DNA from: a virus
Lineage: Duplodnaviria > Caudoviricetes
Virus record (IMG/VR): IMGVR_UViG_3300046001_001163
Location: 1 to 59,881 of that record
Reading direction: 5' to 3' (one strand)
DNA: 59,881 nt
Part shown: positions 26,169-36,050 of the stretch, piece by piece
Layout: each line of letters opens with the position of its first letter
Position numbering within the stretch: position 1 is the stretch's first letter
Notes under the pieces: model-generated
The model's input: the letters and a program-made list of their open reading frames with translations, nothing else
The model's database searches: none
Told to the model about the DNA's origin: nothing
Translations under genes and position numbers: made by a program

Positions 26169-26386
26169 TGGAAATCTCTGAAGAAGCCATGCAACGGCTT
26201 GGTAGAAACGTTAATGCCCTATTAACAGAGATTAAAGAACTACGAGAGGAGATAGAAGAAGTAAAACTAGATGCTTACCGTTATAAGTTCGTGCGTTCAA
26301 CATGTGCAACTACCGAGGAGGCTGTTATAGGGTACGATAAATCAGTTGACGAACATATTAGGAAGCGTAATGAGAAACTTAATTAA
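26165..26386 (+). CDS. Hypothetical coiled-coil protein
   Basis: 73 aa; DAYRYKFVR motif. Confidence 0.6.
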   Translation: MMEISEEAMQRLGRNVNALLTEIKELREEIEEVKLDAYRYKFVRSTCATTEEAVIGYDKSVDEHIRKRNEKLN

Positions 26387-26520
26387 GAGATGGTTCTGTC
26401 CTCCACATAAGTGTACAAGGTTCCGACAATACTACTCACTTAACTTAAAGATATGCACTGAGTGCTATAAAGAGTCAGAGCTTTGGGGCGATAACATAAT
26501 AAAACATCAGAGGTAATACA

Positions 26521-26754
26521 ATGAAAAAAAGAACAGTAAGAGAAGAACTGTCAATGCCTACTAAGGCAATTATAGGTGGGTTGTTTAGTATCATAGATGA
26601 TATGGAAGACTCAGGAGAGTTTGAGGAAGAAATATGGTTATTAGAATCAGCCGCCGCTAGGTTTATGACTCTAATTAGAATACAGAACTTTATACTCTCA
26701 GGGTTTATAGGTACTAACTTAGTATGGATAGCTAATGCTTTAGGATATTTATGA
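26521..26754 (+). CDS. Hypothetical protein with a C-terminal hydrophobic segment
   Basis: 77 aa; GAGG SD; coupled to the polymerase start. Confidence 0.6.
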   Translation: MKKRTVREELSMPTKAIIGGLFSIIDDMEDSGEFEEEIWLLESAAARFMTLIRIQNFILSGFIGTNLVWIANALGYL

Positions 26755-28646
26755 TTATAACTTTAGATTTTGAAACTTACTGGGCGCAGGGCTATACATT
26801 AAGAAAGCAAACTACTGAAGAATATATTAGAGATAAAAGATTTGAGATTATAGGTGTAGGTATAAAGGTAGACAGCGCTCAGACAGAGTGGCATACAGGT
26901 ACACATGAAGAACTAAAAGTATCTCTAGCTAAGTATGACTGGGCTAACTCTATTCTTGTGTGCCATAACACAATGTTTGACGGCGCTATACTCAAATGGA
27001 TACTAGGAATAGAGCCTGAGTTATATATAGACACACTTAGTATGGCTAGAGCGCATCATGGTATAGATGTGGGGGGGTCACTGGCATCTCTGGCTATTAA
27101 ATATAATCTTGGTGTGAAAGGTACAGAGGTTATTAATGCTAAAGAGAAGAGGCTTACTGACTTTAGTAGTTTAGACTTAGTCTTATATGGTGAGTATTGC
27201 GTTAATGATGTTGAGCTTACCTACGCATTATATAAGATACTCATAGCTGACTTTCCACATACAGAACTTAGTTTAATTGATATGACTCTGAGGATGTTTA
27301 TATTTCCAGTTTTAAAAGTTGATGATGCTATGTTAGTGGATAGATTAGAGGAAGTAAAAGAAGAAAAACAACTAATGCTTAGTGCATTGAAAAAGAAACT
27401 TAACTGCGACACAGATGAGGCTGTGCGTAAGAAGTTAGCTAGTAATAAACAATTTGCAGAACTATTAGTTGAGTTAGGGATTAAACCCCCGATGAAGATA
27501 AGCAAGACTACAGGTAAGGAAGCGTTTGCCCTAGCTAAGACTGATATAGGGTTCATAGAGTTATCTGAACATGATGACGAGTTCGTGCAACAACTATGTG
27601 CGGTGCGTCTTGGTACTAAGTCTACGATAGAAGAATCTAGGCTAGAGAGATTCATAGGCATTGGTGAGCGCAACAAGGGCTACTTACCTATACCGTTAAA
27701 GTACTACGGCGCACACACAGGTAGATGGAGCGGTATGGACTCTATCAATGCACAGAACTTACCTAGTAGAGATAAGAAAAAGAAAGCATTAAAGAACTCT
27801 ATCACAGCTGAAGATGGCTACGTGGTTATAAACTGTGACTCTTCACAGATTGAGGCTAGAGTATTGGCATGGTTAGCTGGACAGGATGACGTGGTTGAAC
27901 AGTTTGCTAACAATGAAGACGTGTATTCTATATTTGCATCTAAGATTTATGATAAACCTATTAGTAAGGCTAACCCTATTGAACGTTTCGTAGGCAAGAC
28001 TTGCATACTAGGACTTGGGTTCGGTACAGGTGCGGCTAAATTACAGCACACATTACAAACACAGCCGCCCGGTGCGGAGTTATCCGTAGAAGAATGTGAG
28101 GATATAGTAAAGCTATACAGAAGCACGAACGATAAGATTATATCTTTATGGAAAGATGGCGATGATGTAGTTAAAGATTTAGTAGATTGGGAGTACACAA
28201 ACTTTGCTACTAATGTAGTAACTAGCAAGACGCCTTATTGGTACGGTGAGCACGAGTGCCTACAGATATCTAAAGAGGGTATACGACTACCTAATGGGCT
28301 TTATATTAGATACCCACAACTACACCTTAATACAGACGAAGCTAAGAGCTACCACGCTTACAAGTCACGTGCTGGCATGAAATCTATATGGGGTGGGGCA
28401 TTGGTAGAAAATGTAGTTCAGGCTTTAGCTAGAATAATCGTAGGTGAACAGATGCTACTTATTAATGAGCGTTATAAACCAGCCTTAACTGTGCACGATG
28501 CCGCTGTTTGTGTAGTACCAGAAGCCGAGTTAGAAGAGGCAGAGAAATTCATAGTAGATATTATGTCTACGCCACCGTTATGGGCTAAAGGACTACCTAT
28601 TGCATGTGAATTTACTTCTGGTATTAGCTATGGTAATTGCGGATAA
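26751..28646 (+). CDS. polA: Family A DNA polymerase with 3'-5' exonuclease
   Basis: Exo I DFET, Exo II HNTMFD, Exo III YCVND; TGRWS; motif A DSSQIEAR; motif B RFVGKTCILGLGFG; motif C VHD. Confidence 0.95.
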   Translation: MIITLDFETYWAQGYTLRKQTTEEYIRDKRFEIIGVGIKVDSAQTEWHTGTHEELKVSLAKYDWANSILVCHNTMFDGAILKWILGIEPELYIDTLSMARAHHGIDVGGSLASLAIKYNLGVKGTEVINAKEKRLTDFSSLDLVLYGEYCVNDVELTYALYKILIADFPHTELSLIDMTLRMFIFPVLKVDDAMLVDRLEEVKEEKQLMLSALKKKLNCDTDEAVRKKLASNKQFAELLVELGIKPPMKISKTTGKEAFALAKTDIGFIELSEHDDEFVQQLCAVRLGTKSTIEESRLERFIGIGERNKGYLPIPLKYYGAHTGRWSGMDSINAQNLPSRDKKKKALKNSITAEDGYVVINCDSSQIEARVLAWLAGQDDVVEQFANNEDVYSIFASKIYDKPISKANPIERFVGKTCILGLGFGTGAAKLQHTLQTQPPGAELSVEECEDIVKLYRSTNDKIISLWKDGDDVVKDLVDWEYTNFATNVVTSKTPYWYGEHECLQISKEGIRLPNGLYIRYPQLHLNTDEAKSYHAYKSRAGMKSIWGGALVENVVQALARIIVGEQMLLINERYKPALTVHDAAVCVVPEAELEEAEKFIVDIMSTPPLWAKGLPIACEFTSGISYGNCG

Positions 28647-28650
28647 GTAA

Positions 28651-28659
28651 TGTTATAAT
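28651..28659 (+). promoter_or_regulatory. Extended -10 promoter element
   Basis: TGTTATAAT upstream of the exonuclease gene. Confidence 0.45.
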
Positions 28660-28686
28660 GGACATTAACAATAAAGGAAAACTACA

Positions 28687-29349
28687 ATGAGCTACACATG
28701 GTCATTCTCAGCTTTAAAACAATACTTAAATTGCCCTAAGCAATATCATGCTCTAAAGATATTAAAAACCTATGAGCAGAAAGTATCAGAAGCTATGACA
28801 TACGGAACTGAAGTACATAAAGCTTTAGAAAACTATGTTAAAGATGGTACACCCTTACCTACTAACTATGAGAAGTTTAAGCTAGTAACAGACAGTCTTG
28901 TAGATATAGAGGGTACTAAGCACACAGAGTATGAGATGGCTCTATGCCCTGATAGAAAACCTATAGCGTTTGATTCAGATGGTAGATGGGTACGGGGCAT
29001 TGTAGATTTACTGATATTGCATGGCGACACGGCGTATATCATAGACTATAAGACTGGAAGCAATAGATACCCAGACGTTAAACAGTTAAAGCTTATGGCT
29101 CTTATGACGTTTGCTCACTTTCCAGAAGTACAGCATATAAAAGCAGGGCTATTGTTTATAGTACATAACAGTTTTGTACCTGAAGAGTATAATAGATCAC
29201 AGATAGACAAATTGTGGCTATCATTTACACCGGACTTAGCTAGGTTGAGTATGTCCTATGAAAGAAATGTTTGGACTGCTAACCCCACTCCTTTGTGTGG
29301 ATGGTGCCCATTAGTCGATTGTGAATTTTATAGAGAAAGGAAGAGATAA
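28687..29349 (+). CDS. PD-(D/E)xK (Cas4/RecB-like) exonuclease
   Basis: WSFS...CP, GTEVH..LE, RGIVD, IIDYKTG, QL, C-terminal CGWCP...C. Confidence 0.9.
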   Translation: MSYTWSFSALKQYLNCPKQYHALKILKTYEQKVSEAMTYGTEVHKALENYVKDGTPLPTNYEKFKLVTDSLVDIEGTKHTEYEMALCPDRKPIAFDSDGRWVRGIVDLLILHGDTAYIIDYKTGSNRYPDVKQLKLMALMTFAHFPEVQHIKAGLLFIVHNSFVPEEYNRSQIDKLWLSFTPDLARLSMSYERNVWTANPTPLCGWCPLVDCEFYRERKR

Positions 29350-29351
29350 TA

Positions 29352-29666
29352 ATGGCTTATAAAAACCCAGAAGATAGACCATATAAAAAAGAATACCAAC
29401 AGCAAGTAGCTAGAGGTGAGTTGGCTAACCGTATGGAAAGACAACGTGCTAGACGTGCTATGGATAAAACAGGTGTAGATAAGAATAAAAATGGTGAGGC
29501 TGATAAGCGCGAGGGTAAAGATATTGCCCACGTGAAAGCTTTATCTAAAGGTGGTTCTAATAAAGATGGAGTTCGTGTTGAATCTGCAACTAAAAACCGC
29601 TCGTTCTCACGTAATAGTAAAGGTGGACTAACATCTGAGACTAGCAAGAAAGAACGTAAAAAATAA
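29352..29666 (+). CDS. Small basic HNH-like protein
   Basis: GKDIAHVKALSKGGSNKDGVRV...KNRS, a degenerate HNH motif. Confidence 0.6.
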   Translation: MAYKNPEDRPYKKEYQQQVARGELANRMERQRARRAMDKTGVDKNKNGEADKREGKDIAHVKALSKGGSNKDGVRVESATKNRSFSRNSKGGLTSETSKKERKK

Positions 29667-29731
29667 ATAGGTAGTTAGCATGACGATTAACCTCCGTAAG
29701 AGGTACATTAATTATAAAAATAAGGGACACA

Positions 29732-31297
29732 ATGAAACTTATACATGATGACCAAGCAGTAATGTTTAAGATTATCTCTAGTAAAGTCCCCTTAATAACT
29801 AGCCACTTAGAAAGAAGTATAGTGCTTAGTGATGATGGGGTCTATGCTGACGTAGTAGTCGCATGGGGACTAGAAGAAATGCAACATATGACAAGGGTGT
29901 CTACTACATTAAAGATACCCTCTCCTATTACCAAAGAGTATAAATGGCCCGGACTATACACACCATTTGCTCATCAAAGAACCACAGCTGAGTTCCTATC
30001 ACTACGTAATAGAGCCTTTTGTTTTAACGAAGCTGGTACAGGTAAGTCCGCTAGTGTTATATGGGCGGCAGACTATCTAATGAATAAAGGATTAGTAAAA
30101 CGTGTACTAATAATATGCCCTTTATCTATTATGTATTCAGCATGGCAAGCAGATATATTTAAAACAGCAATGCACCGAACCGCTGGTGTAGCTCATGGTA
30201 GTACATCTAAACGAATTAAGATAATAAATGGTGATTATGAGTTCGTTATTATTAATTTTGACGGCATCTGTACTGTTAATGATGAGATTAAGAAAGCTGG
30301 ATTTGATTTAATAGTAGCTGACGAAGCTTCCGCATTTAAAACAGCGTCTACATTACGATGGAAATCTCTAGCTAAACTACTGAGGCCAAGCACTCGGCTT
30401 TGGATGTTGACAGGTACTCCTGCGGCGCAATCGCCATTAGATGCTTTCGGACTAGCTAAGTTAGTCTCACCTGATCTTATACCTAAGTATCATAATGCGT
30501 GGCGAGATAGAGTAATGACTCAGCTCACACAGTTTAAGTGGGTGCCTAAGCCTACGTCTACTAAGGACGTATTTGATGTACTGCAACCAGCTATAAGATA
30601 TACCAAATCAGAATGTTTAGACTTACCTGACGTAGTGTACCAAACAAGAGAAGTACCACTAACACCACAGGTAGCTAAGTACTATAAAGAACTAAAGAAT
30701 GAACTATTAATAGAAGCCGCTGGCGAAGAAATCAGTGCAGTAAATGCGGCATCTAGAATGACTAAGCTCTTACAAATATCAGGCGGTGCAGTATATACAG
30801 ACAAGCATGAGGTAGTAGAGTTCGATGTATCTCCAAGACTTAAAGAAATGATGAGTGTTATAAATGAAGCATCACATAAGATACTCATTTTTGTCCCTTA
30901 TACACATACCATAGAATTAGTATCGAAATACTTAACAACCAAAGGAGTTACCAATGAAATAATAAGTGGCGCAGTATCAGCATCAGCAAGAAGTTCAATA
31001 ATAACAAGATTTGAAACTACAGCAGAACCGAAAGTTTTAATCATCCAACCCAAAGCTGGCTCACATGGTATTACTTTAGTATCAGCAGATACTATTATAT
31101 TTTGGTCTCCAGTAATGAGTGTAGAAACTTACCTACAATGTATTGCACGTATGGATAGATTAGGACAGGTTAATAAAATGTTAGTTGTAAACTTACAAGG
31201 TTCCGAAGTAGAGCGCAAGATGTATGAGATGCTACAAGGCAAAGTGAGTGCGCATACCAAACTTGTTGATTTATATAAAGAAGAATTAGGAATATAA
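29732..31297 (+). CDS. SNF2-family (SF2) helicase
   Basis: EAGTGKS, VADEAS, LTGTP, GITL, QCIARMDRLGQ. Confidence 0.9.
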   Translation: MKLIHDDQAVMFKIISSKVPLITSHLERSIVLSDDGVYADVVVAWGLEEMQHMTRVSTTLKIPSPITKEYKWPGLYTPFAHQRTTAEFLSLRNRAFCFNEAGTGKSASVIWAADYLMNKGLVKRVLIICPLSIMYSAWQADIFKTAMHRTAGVAHGSTSKRIKIINGDYEFVIINFDGICTVNDEIKKAGFDLIVADEASAFKTASTLRWKSLAKLLRPSTRLWMLTGTPAAQSPLDAFGLAKLVSPDLIPKYHNAWRDRVMTQLTQFKWVPKPTSTKDVFDVLQPAIRYTKSECLDLPDVVYQTREVPLTPQVAKYYKELKNELLIEAAGEEISAVNAASRMTKLLQISGGAVYTDKHEVVEFDVSPRLKEMMSVINEASHKILIFVPYTHTIELVSKYLTTKGVTNEIISGAVSASARSSIITRFETTAEPKVLIIQPKAGSHGITLVSADTIIFWSPVMSVETYLQCIARMDRLGQVNKMLVVNLQGSEVERKMYEMLQGKVSAHTKLVDLYKEELGI

Positions 31298-31299
31298 CA

Positions 31300-31722
31300 A
31301 TGAACGAACAAATAGAACAACAAAATTTAGATGTATTAGTAAAGACATACTTGACATTAAGAGGCGAACGTGAGAAACTAGCCGCTGAGTTTGATGCTAA
31401 AGATAGAGTTATTAAAGATGATATGGCTCTTATAGAACAGGCTATGTTAGCTATATGCAATAGCGCTAATGCTGATAGTATCAAAACATCTCAAGGCACA
31501 GTCATGCGTGGTGTAAAAGAAAGATATGACTGTAATGATTGGAGTGGCTTTAAAGATTTTATCTTAGAGCATCAAGCTGTTGATCTTCTACAACGTAGAA
31601 TCCACCAAAGTAATTTTAAATCATTTCTTTCAGAACATACTATAGAAGCAGAAGGGCTACCGCCCGGAGTTAGTATCTTTAGAGAGCTTAATATAACCGT
31701 TCGTAAACCAACTTCAAGATAG
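31300..31722 (+). CDS. Hypothetical replication-module protein
   Basis: 140 aa; coiled coil plus LLQRRI...PPGV. Confidence 0.7.
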   Translation: MNEQIEQQNLDVLVKTYLTLRGEREKLAAEFDAKDRVIKDDMALIEQAMLAICNSANADSIKTSQGTVMRGVKERYDCNDWSGFKDFILEHQAVDLLQRRIHQSNFKSFLSEHTIEAEGLPPGVSIFRELNITVRKPTSR

Positions 31723-31731
31723 GAAATTACA

Positions 31732-32607
31732 ATGAGCAATGAATTAGCAAATATTTTAGCCTCTAACCCTAACCTAGTTCAAACTGGACTGGACGCAGAT
31801 ACTCTAGCTGTTGCTGGTGGTACAGGCGGTGGTGGTTCTAAAAGTATAAGAATTAAAGGCGGTGTATTCCGTAAATATGTAGGTAGCAAAGAAATCGGCG
31901 CTATTGAAGATCGTCATATGAACATCATCATTGTTAAGATGGCACATAAGGCTTCACGCATGATGTATGACGGTCCGTTTGTAGAGGGTGAAACGTCTAG
32001 TGCAGTATGCTGGTCTACTGACTCTAACAAACCTGACGAATCGGTTGAAGTTCCATCTTCTGTTAGTTGCTCTACTTGCCCTTACAGCATAAAAGGCTCT
32101 GGCACTAATGGTGTTGGTACTAAATGTAGTCTGTTCTGGAAAGTAGCTGTAGTGTTACCTAATGATGTATCTGGTGATGTTATGGAATTAAAGCTTCCTT
32201 CAGCTTCTACTTTTGGCGAAGAGAAAGACGGTAAACGTCCATTCCGTCCATACATACAACACTTAGCTCAACACAATGTAAGTGCTGGTAGAGTTATTAC
32301 TAAGATGCAGTTTGATACTACAGCTACATTCCCTAAAGTAGTATTCTCACCTGTTGGTGCAGTGCCTGAGTCTGACCTAGATGCAGTTGCTAAACAGTCA
32401 CAAAGCAAAGAAGCAGAACATGCAGTGGTTATTCAAGTTTATAAAGAAGCCGCTAAAGCCACTGAGATAGAATTTCTACAAGCTCTTGGTACTACTGTTA
32501 GTGAAGAACCCCAAGCTTTTGCTGAACCTGTTAAACGTGAATCACCCGCTGTGTCCGCTAAAGTTGAAGCAGTAGCAGACGCTGTTAAAAAATGGTCTAA
32601 GACATAA
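31732..32607 (+). CDS. Putative single-stranded DNA-binding protein
   Basis: IRIKGGVF, CWS.D...PD, CxxC...C zinc site; position between helicase and primase. Confidence 0.55.
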   Translation: MSNELANILASNPNLVQTGLDADTLAVAGGTGGGGSKSIRIKGGVFRKYVGSKEIGAIEDRHMNIIIVKMAHKASRMMYDGPFVEGETSSAVCWSTDSNKPDESVEVPSSVSCSTCPYSIKGSGTNGVGTKCSLFWKVAVVLPNDVSGDVMELKLPSASTFGEEKDGKRPFRPYIQHLAQHNVSAGRVITKMQFDTTATFPKVVFSPVGAVPESDLDAVAKQSQSKEAEHAVVIQVYKEAAKATEIEFLQALGTTVSEEPQAFAEPVKRESPAVSAKVEAVADAVKKWSKT

Positions 32608-32942
32608 TGGCACGTACATATAGTAAGGAGTTTATTGATCTAGTAGAGTTGGCTGATCCCAGTAAAGCAGGGATAGTATTAGCTAAAGTTTGTTTGAGGG
32701 CTAAGTTACCAGCTAAGTATATAGCAGTAGCCATGAACGTATCTCGTATGACAATATACAGTTGGTTTAGAGGTAATCCTTTACGTGAGAAGAACCAAGA
32801 GCTTGTTAGGGTTTTTATTGCCATACTAGAGGATGATCTTTCTAAGGGTATACTACCTGTTAAAGGAATAGAACAGGCTAAGGCGTATATAGAAGATATA
32901 GTTGGCACTCAGATAGTAGACGAGGACTTAGAAAGAGTATAA
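32607..32942 (+). CDS. HTH (Cro/CI-like) DNA-binding protein
   Basis: PAKYIAVAMNVSRMTIYSWFRG. Confidence 0.75.
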   Translation: MARTYSKEFIDLVELADPSKAGIVLAKVCLRAKLPAKYIAVAMNVSRMTIYSWFRGNPLREKNQELVRVFIAILEDDLSKGILPVKGIEQAKAYIEDIVGTQIVDEDLERV

Positions 32943-32967
32943 GCTAACCGTCTCATTTCATAAACAT

Positions 32968-32991
32968 AAGCAGGGGCGACCCTGCTTTTTT
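32968..32991 (+). terminator. Rho-independent terminator
   Basis: AAGCAGGG-GCGA-CCCTGCTT-TTTT. Confidence 0.8.
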
Positions 32992-33004
32992 AGCCCCTCA
33001 GAAT

Positions 33005-35857
33005 ATGTTAAAACAATTCTATAAGAAAGCATTACCGAGGCATGGCGTTTACTGTATTAGCGGTATCAATGACGCTAAAAAGATAACTAACCATTTTACA
33101 GAAACAATAGATGGTGTAATAGACCACATAGAAAGCTTAAAAAGCAAAGGATTAAATACATTTGTAGCATTAGGTGCATTCGATGGTTATAGCAGAAAGA
33201 AAGACAACTGCCATAGCTTCCGTTCGTTCTTTATTGATTTAGACGTAGGTGTAGATAAAGCTGAACATGGTAAGGGCTACGTAGACAAAGCCTCCGCTCT
33301 AGAAGCATTAGATAAATTCATAATTGAAAGTGAACTACCTCCTCCTGTAAGAATAGACTCAGGAACTGGCATCCATGCGTACTGGCTGTTAGACGAGGAC
33401 GTTCCATTTGCGGAGTATTTACCCTATGCTATAAAGTTTAAAACCTTTTGTTTGGCTAGGATATTTGCAGACCCTGCGGTTATGGCAGACGGCGCTCGTA
33501 TTATGCGTTGCCCTGATACCTTTAATTACAAAACTAATCCCCCATCACCTAGTGGATTCATAGATACAGAGTTCCACCAATATTCATTTGAAGCATTTAA
33601 AGACTTTCTAGGAGTTACTGAGGAAGAATCAGAAACGGATATATTTGCTAGTATCCCTAAAGGGTTAGATGAAGATACCAAAGCTATGCTTAAACTAGAT
33701 AACTTTGTTTATACATTTGCAGAACTAGCTGATAAAAGTGTAAATGGTAATGGCTGTGCTCAGATACGTAATATATTAGAAAATGTTGAAACTGCACCAC
33801 GAGACCTATGGGCGGCAGGGCTAACTATAGCTATTAAATGTATAGATGGGGAAACCGCTATACACGAGATGTCAAACACACATTCAAAATATAACCATGA
33901 AGAAACTATTAGAACAGCTAATTCCTTTGAAAAGCCCAGAACTTGTGAATGGTTCTATGCCAATGTGCCAGAAATATGCGAGGGATGTAGACATAGAGGA
34001 AAAATCAATTCCCCCTTTGCCCTTGCAAGAGAGTTCCAAGCCGCACCAGCGAAAACTAATAAAGCGGAATCAATTCGGGAAGAACCGAGTGCCCAAACTG
34101 TTCCAGCATTTCCAGAGTTCTTAAAGCCTTTTCTACGAGGTGAGAACGGCGGTATATACCATATACCACCACCAAAACTAGATAAGAATGGTAACTCACA
34201 TTACGATGACCCAATCTTAATAGTACCGCACGATTTATACCCAATACGTAGGATGTTTAGTCCTCTAGACGGTGAGTGCTTAGTGATGCGGCTGATACTA
34301 CCAAATGACGCCGTCAGAGAGTTTTTACTTCCTATGAAGGACGTATACTCTATTGAAAAATTCAAGGCAATAATGTCTAGTAATGGTGTGTTTTATACGC
34401 CGTCATTAGTCAATATTCTCATGCAATACATAGTTAAATGGGGACAATATATGGTCAGTAAAGTACAAGCAGACGTTATGCGTATGCAAATGGGTTGGAC
34501 AGAAGAAAGAACAAGCGGCGATGTCGCATGGTCACATAAAAGTTTTGTAGTAGGTGCAACAGAGATAGATAACTCTGGCACAGAGAAGCCGTCAGCGGCG
34601 TCACCAATGGTGCGTAGCACGTCAAAACATCTTATGCCTATGGGTTCATATAAGAAGTGGCAAGAGGCGGCTAACGAGCTAAATAGAGAGGGATTAGAGC
34701 TACATGCGTTTACCATGCTAGGTGGGTTTGGTTCTCCGTTAATGTGTTTCTCATCTACATCAGGTGTAGCTGTGTCTTTGCTAGGTAGGTCTGGTTGCGG
34801 TAAAACAGGTGCTATGTATGCAGGACTAAGTGTATTTGGTAATCCTAAAGATTTAAGTGTGTTTGAAGCTACAGATAATGGTATGACTGGACGATATCTA
34901 GCCCTCCATAACTTGATGCTAGGCATAGATGAAATAGGCGATAAAGACCCGAAAGTATTAGGGCAATTAATACATAAAATATCACATGGTAAAGCTAAGA
35001 TCAGAATGCAAGGCTCTATTAATGCTGAACGTGAGCATGAGATGTCGGCATCGTTAATTGGTATCTTTACTACTAACCAATCTGTATATAATAAACTAGA
35101 AGGCATTAAAGCATCACCCGATGGTGAAGCCGCTAGGTTGATAGAGTTCTTTGTTAGAAAGCCTGAGATTCTATCAGGGGATAAAGGTAATGAGTTTGGT
35201 AAGCGAGTGTTTGACCAATTCCGTTTTAACTATGGTCATGCTGGCTCTAGATTTATTAAAGAAGTATTCAGAGTAGGAGATAACTATATCTTAGAAACTA
35301 TGAGCGATTGGGGCGATAGGTTTAGAAAAGACTTCCGTTCTGGTGATTCAGCTTATAGATTTTATGAGAACTTAGTTCAAGTATGTATGACTGCAGGAAC
35401 CATTGCTGTAAATGCTGGTATTATTGAACTAGACCTAGAGCGTGTGTACACTAGCGTAGTAGCAGAAATGCTACATATAAAAGATAAAGTAATCACAGTT
35501 AATAAGTTAGATTATCAATCTGTACTAGGGGACTTTGTTAATAAGAACATGGCTAATATACTTGTACTTAAAGAAGGTAAAGTAGCTATGGAACCACGTG
35601 GTCAGTTAGTAGCTAGAGTAGATACGGATAAGAGTACGTTGCAAGTATCTAGGACAGTCCTTAAAGCCTACTTGGCTGAACGTAATATTAGCTCACGTGA
35701 ATTTGAATCTACACTAAGGGAGCTTAGAGTTATGAATACAACAGACTCAAGAGTTAGATTAACTAGTGGGTGGAAGACAGCGGTATCATTAGAACCTGTA
35801 TGGTGCTATGTATTTACTACACAAATTCCAGCTGAATGGGCGAAGGATGCCGCTTAG
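33005..35857 (+). CDS. Primase-helicase (RepB-like AEP primase + Zn site + DUF927-type P-loop helicase)
   Basis: FFIDLD, SGTGIHAYW, RIMRCP.TFN; C...CxxCxH; Walker A GRSGCGKT; Walker B LGIDE. Confidence 0.85.
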   Translation: MLKQFYKKALPRHGVYCISGINDAKKITNHFTETIDGVIDHIESLKSKGLNTFVALGAFDGYSRKKDNCHSFRSFFIDLDVGVDKAEHGKGYVDKASALEALDKFIIESELPPPVRIDSGTGIHAYWLLDEDVPFAEYLPYAIKFKTFCLARIFADPAVMADGARIMRCPDTFNYKTNPPSPSGFIDTEFHQYSFEAFKDFLGVTEEESETDIFASIPKGLDEDTKAMLKLDNFVYTFAELADKSVNGNGCAQIRNILENVETAPRDLWAAGLTIAIKCIDGETAIHEMSNTHSKYNHEETIRTANSFEKPRTCEWFYANVPEICEGCRHRGKINSPFALAREFQAAPAKTNKAESIREEPSAQTVPAFPEFLKPFLRGENGGIYHIPPPKLDKNGNSHYDDPILIVPHDLYPIRRMFSPLDGECLVMRLILPNDAVREFLLPMKDVYSIEKFKAIMSSNGVFYTPSLVNILMQYIVKWGQYMVSKVQADVMRMQMGWTEERTSGDVAWSHKSFVVGATEIDNSGTEKPSAASPMVRSTSKHLMPMGSYKKWQEAANELNREGLELHAFTMLGGFGSPLMCFSSTSGVAVSLLGRSGCGKTGAMYAGLSVFGNPKDLSVFEATDNGMTGRYLALHNLMLGIDEIGDKDPKVLGQLIHKISHGKAKIRMQGSINAEREHEMSASLIGIFTTNQSVYNKLEGIKASPDGEAARLIEFFVRKPEILSGDKGNEFGKRVFDQFRFNYGHAGSRFIKEVFRVGDNYILETMSDWGDRFRKDFRSGDSAYRFYENLVQVCMTAGTIAVNAGIIELDLERVYTSVVAEMLHIKDKVITVNKLDYQSVLGDFVNKNMANILVLKEGKVAMEPRGQLVARVDTDKSTLQVSRTVLKAYLAERNISSREFESTLRELRVMNTTDSRVRLTSGWKTAVSLEPVWCYVFTTQIPAEWAKDAA

Positions 35858-36050
35858 AATAACTGAACCAGAATGGATATTTCCATTTGACTCTATGGAG
35901 GTCGGGGATAGTTTCTTTATCCCCACTTTATGCCCTACAGAAATAATTTATGCTATAGACTGTGGGGCTAAGAGGACTAAGATAAAAGTTAAAGCCTATA
36001 TGGTTACTCATAATAACCTAATAGGTGTTAGGGCATGGAGAGTAGCTTAG
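35847..36050 (+). CDS. Small hypothetical protein (FPF..MEVGDSFF family)
   Basis: Start moved to 35847 (MPLRITEPEWIFPFD); ends with GVRAWRV; converges with the late operon. Confidence 0.65.
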   Translation: MPLRITEPEWIFPFDSMEVGDSFFIPTLCPTEIIYAIDCGAKRTKIKVKAYMVTHNNLIGVRAWRVA

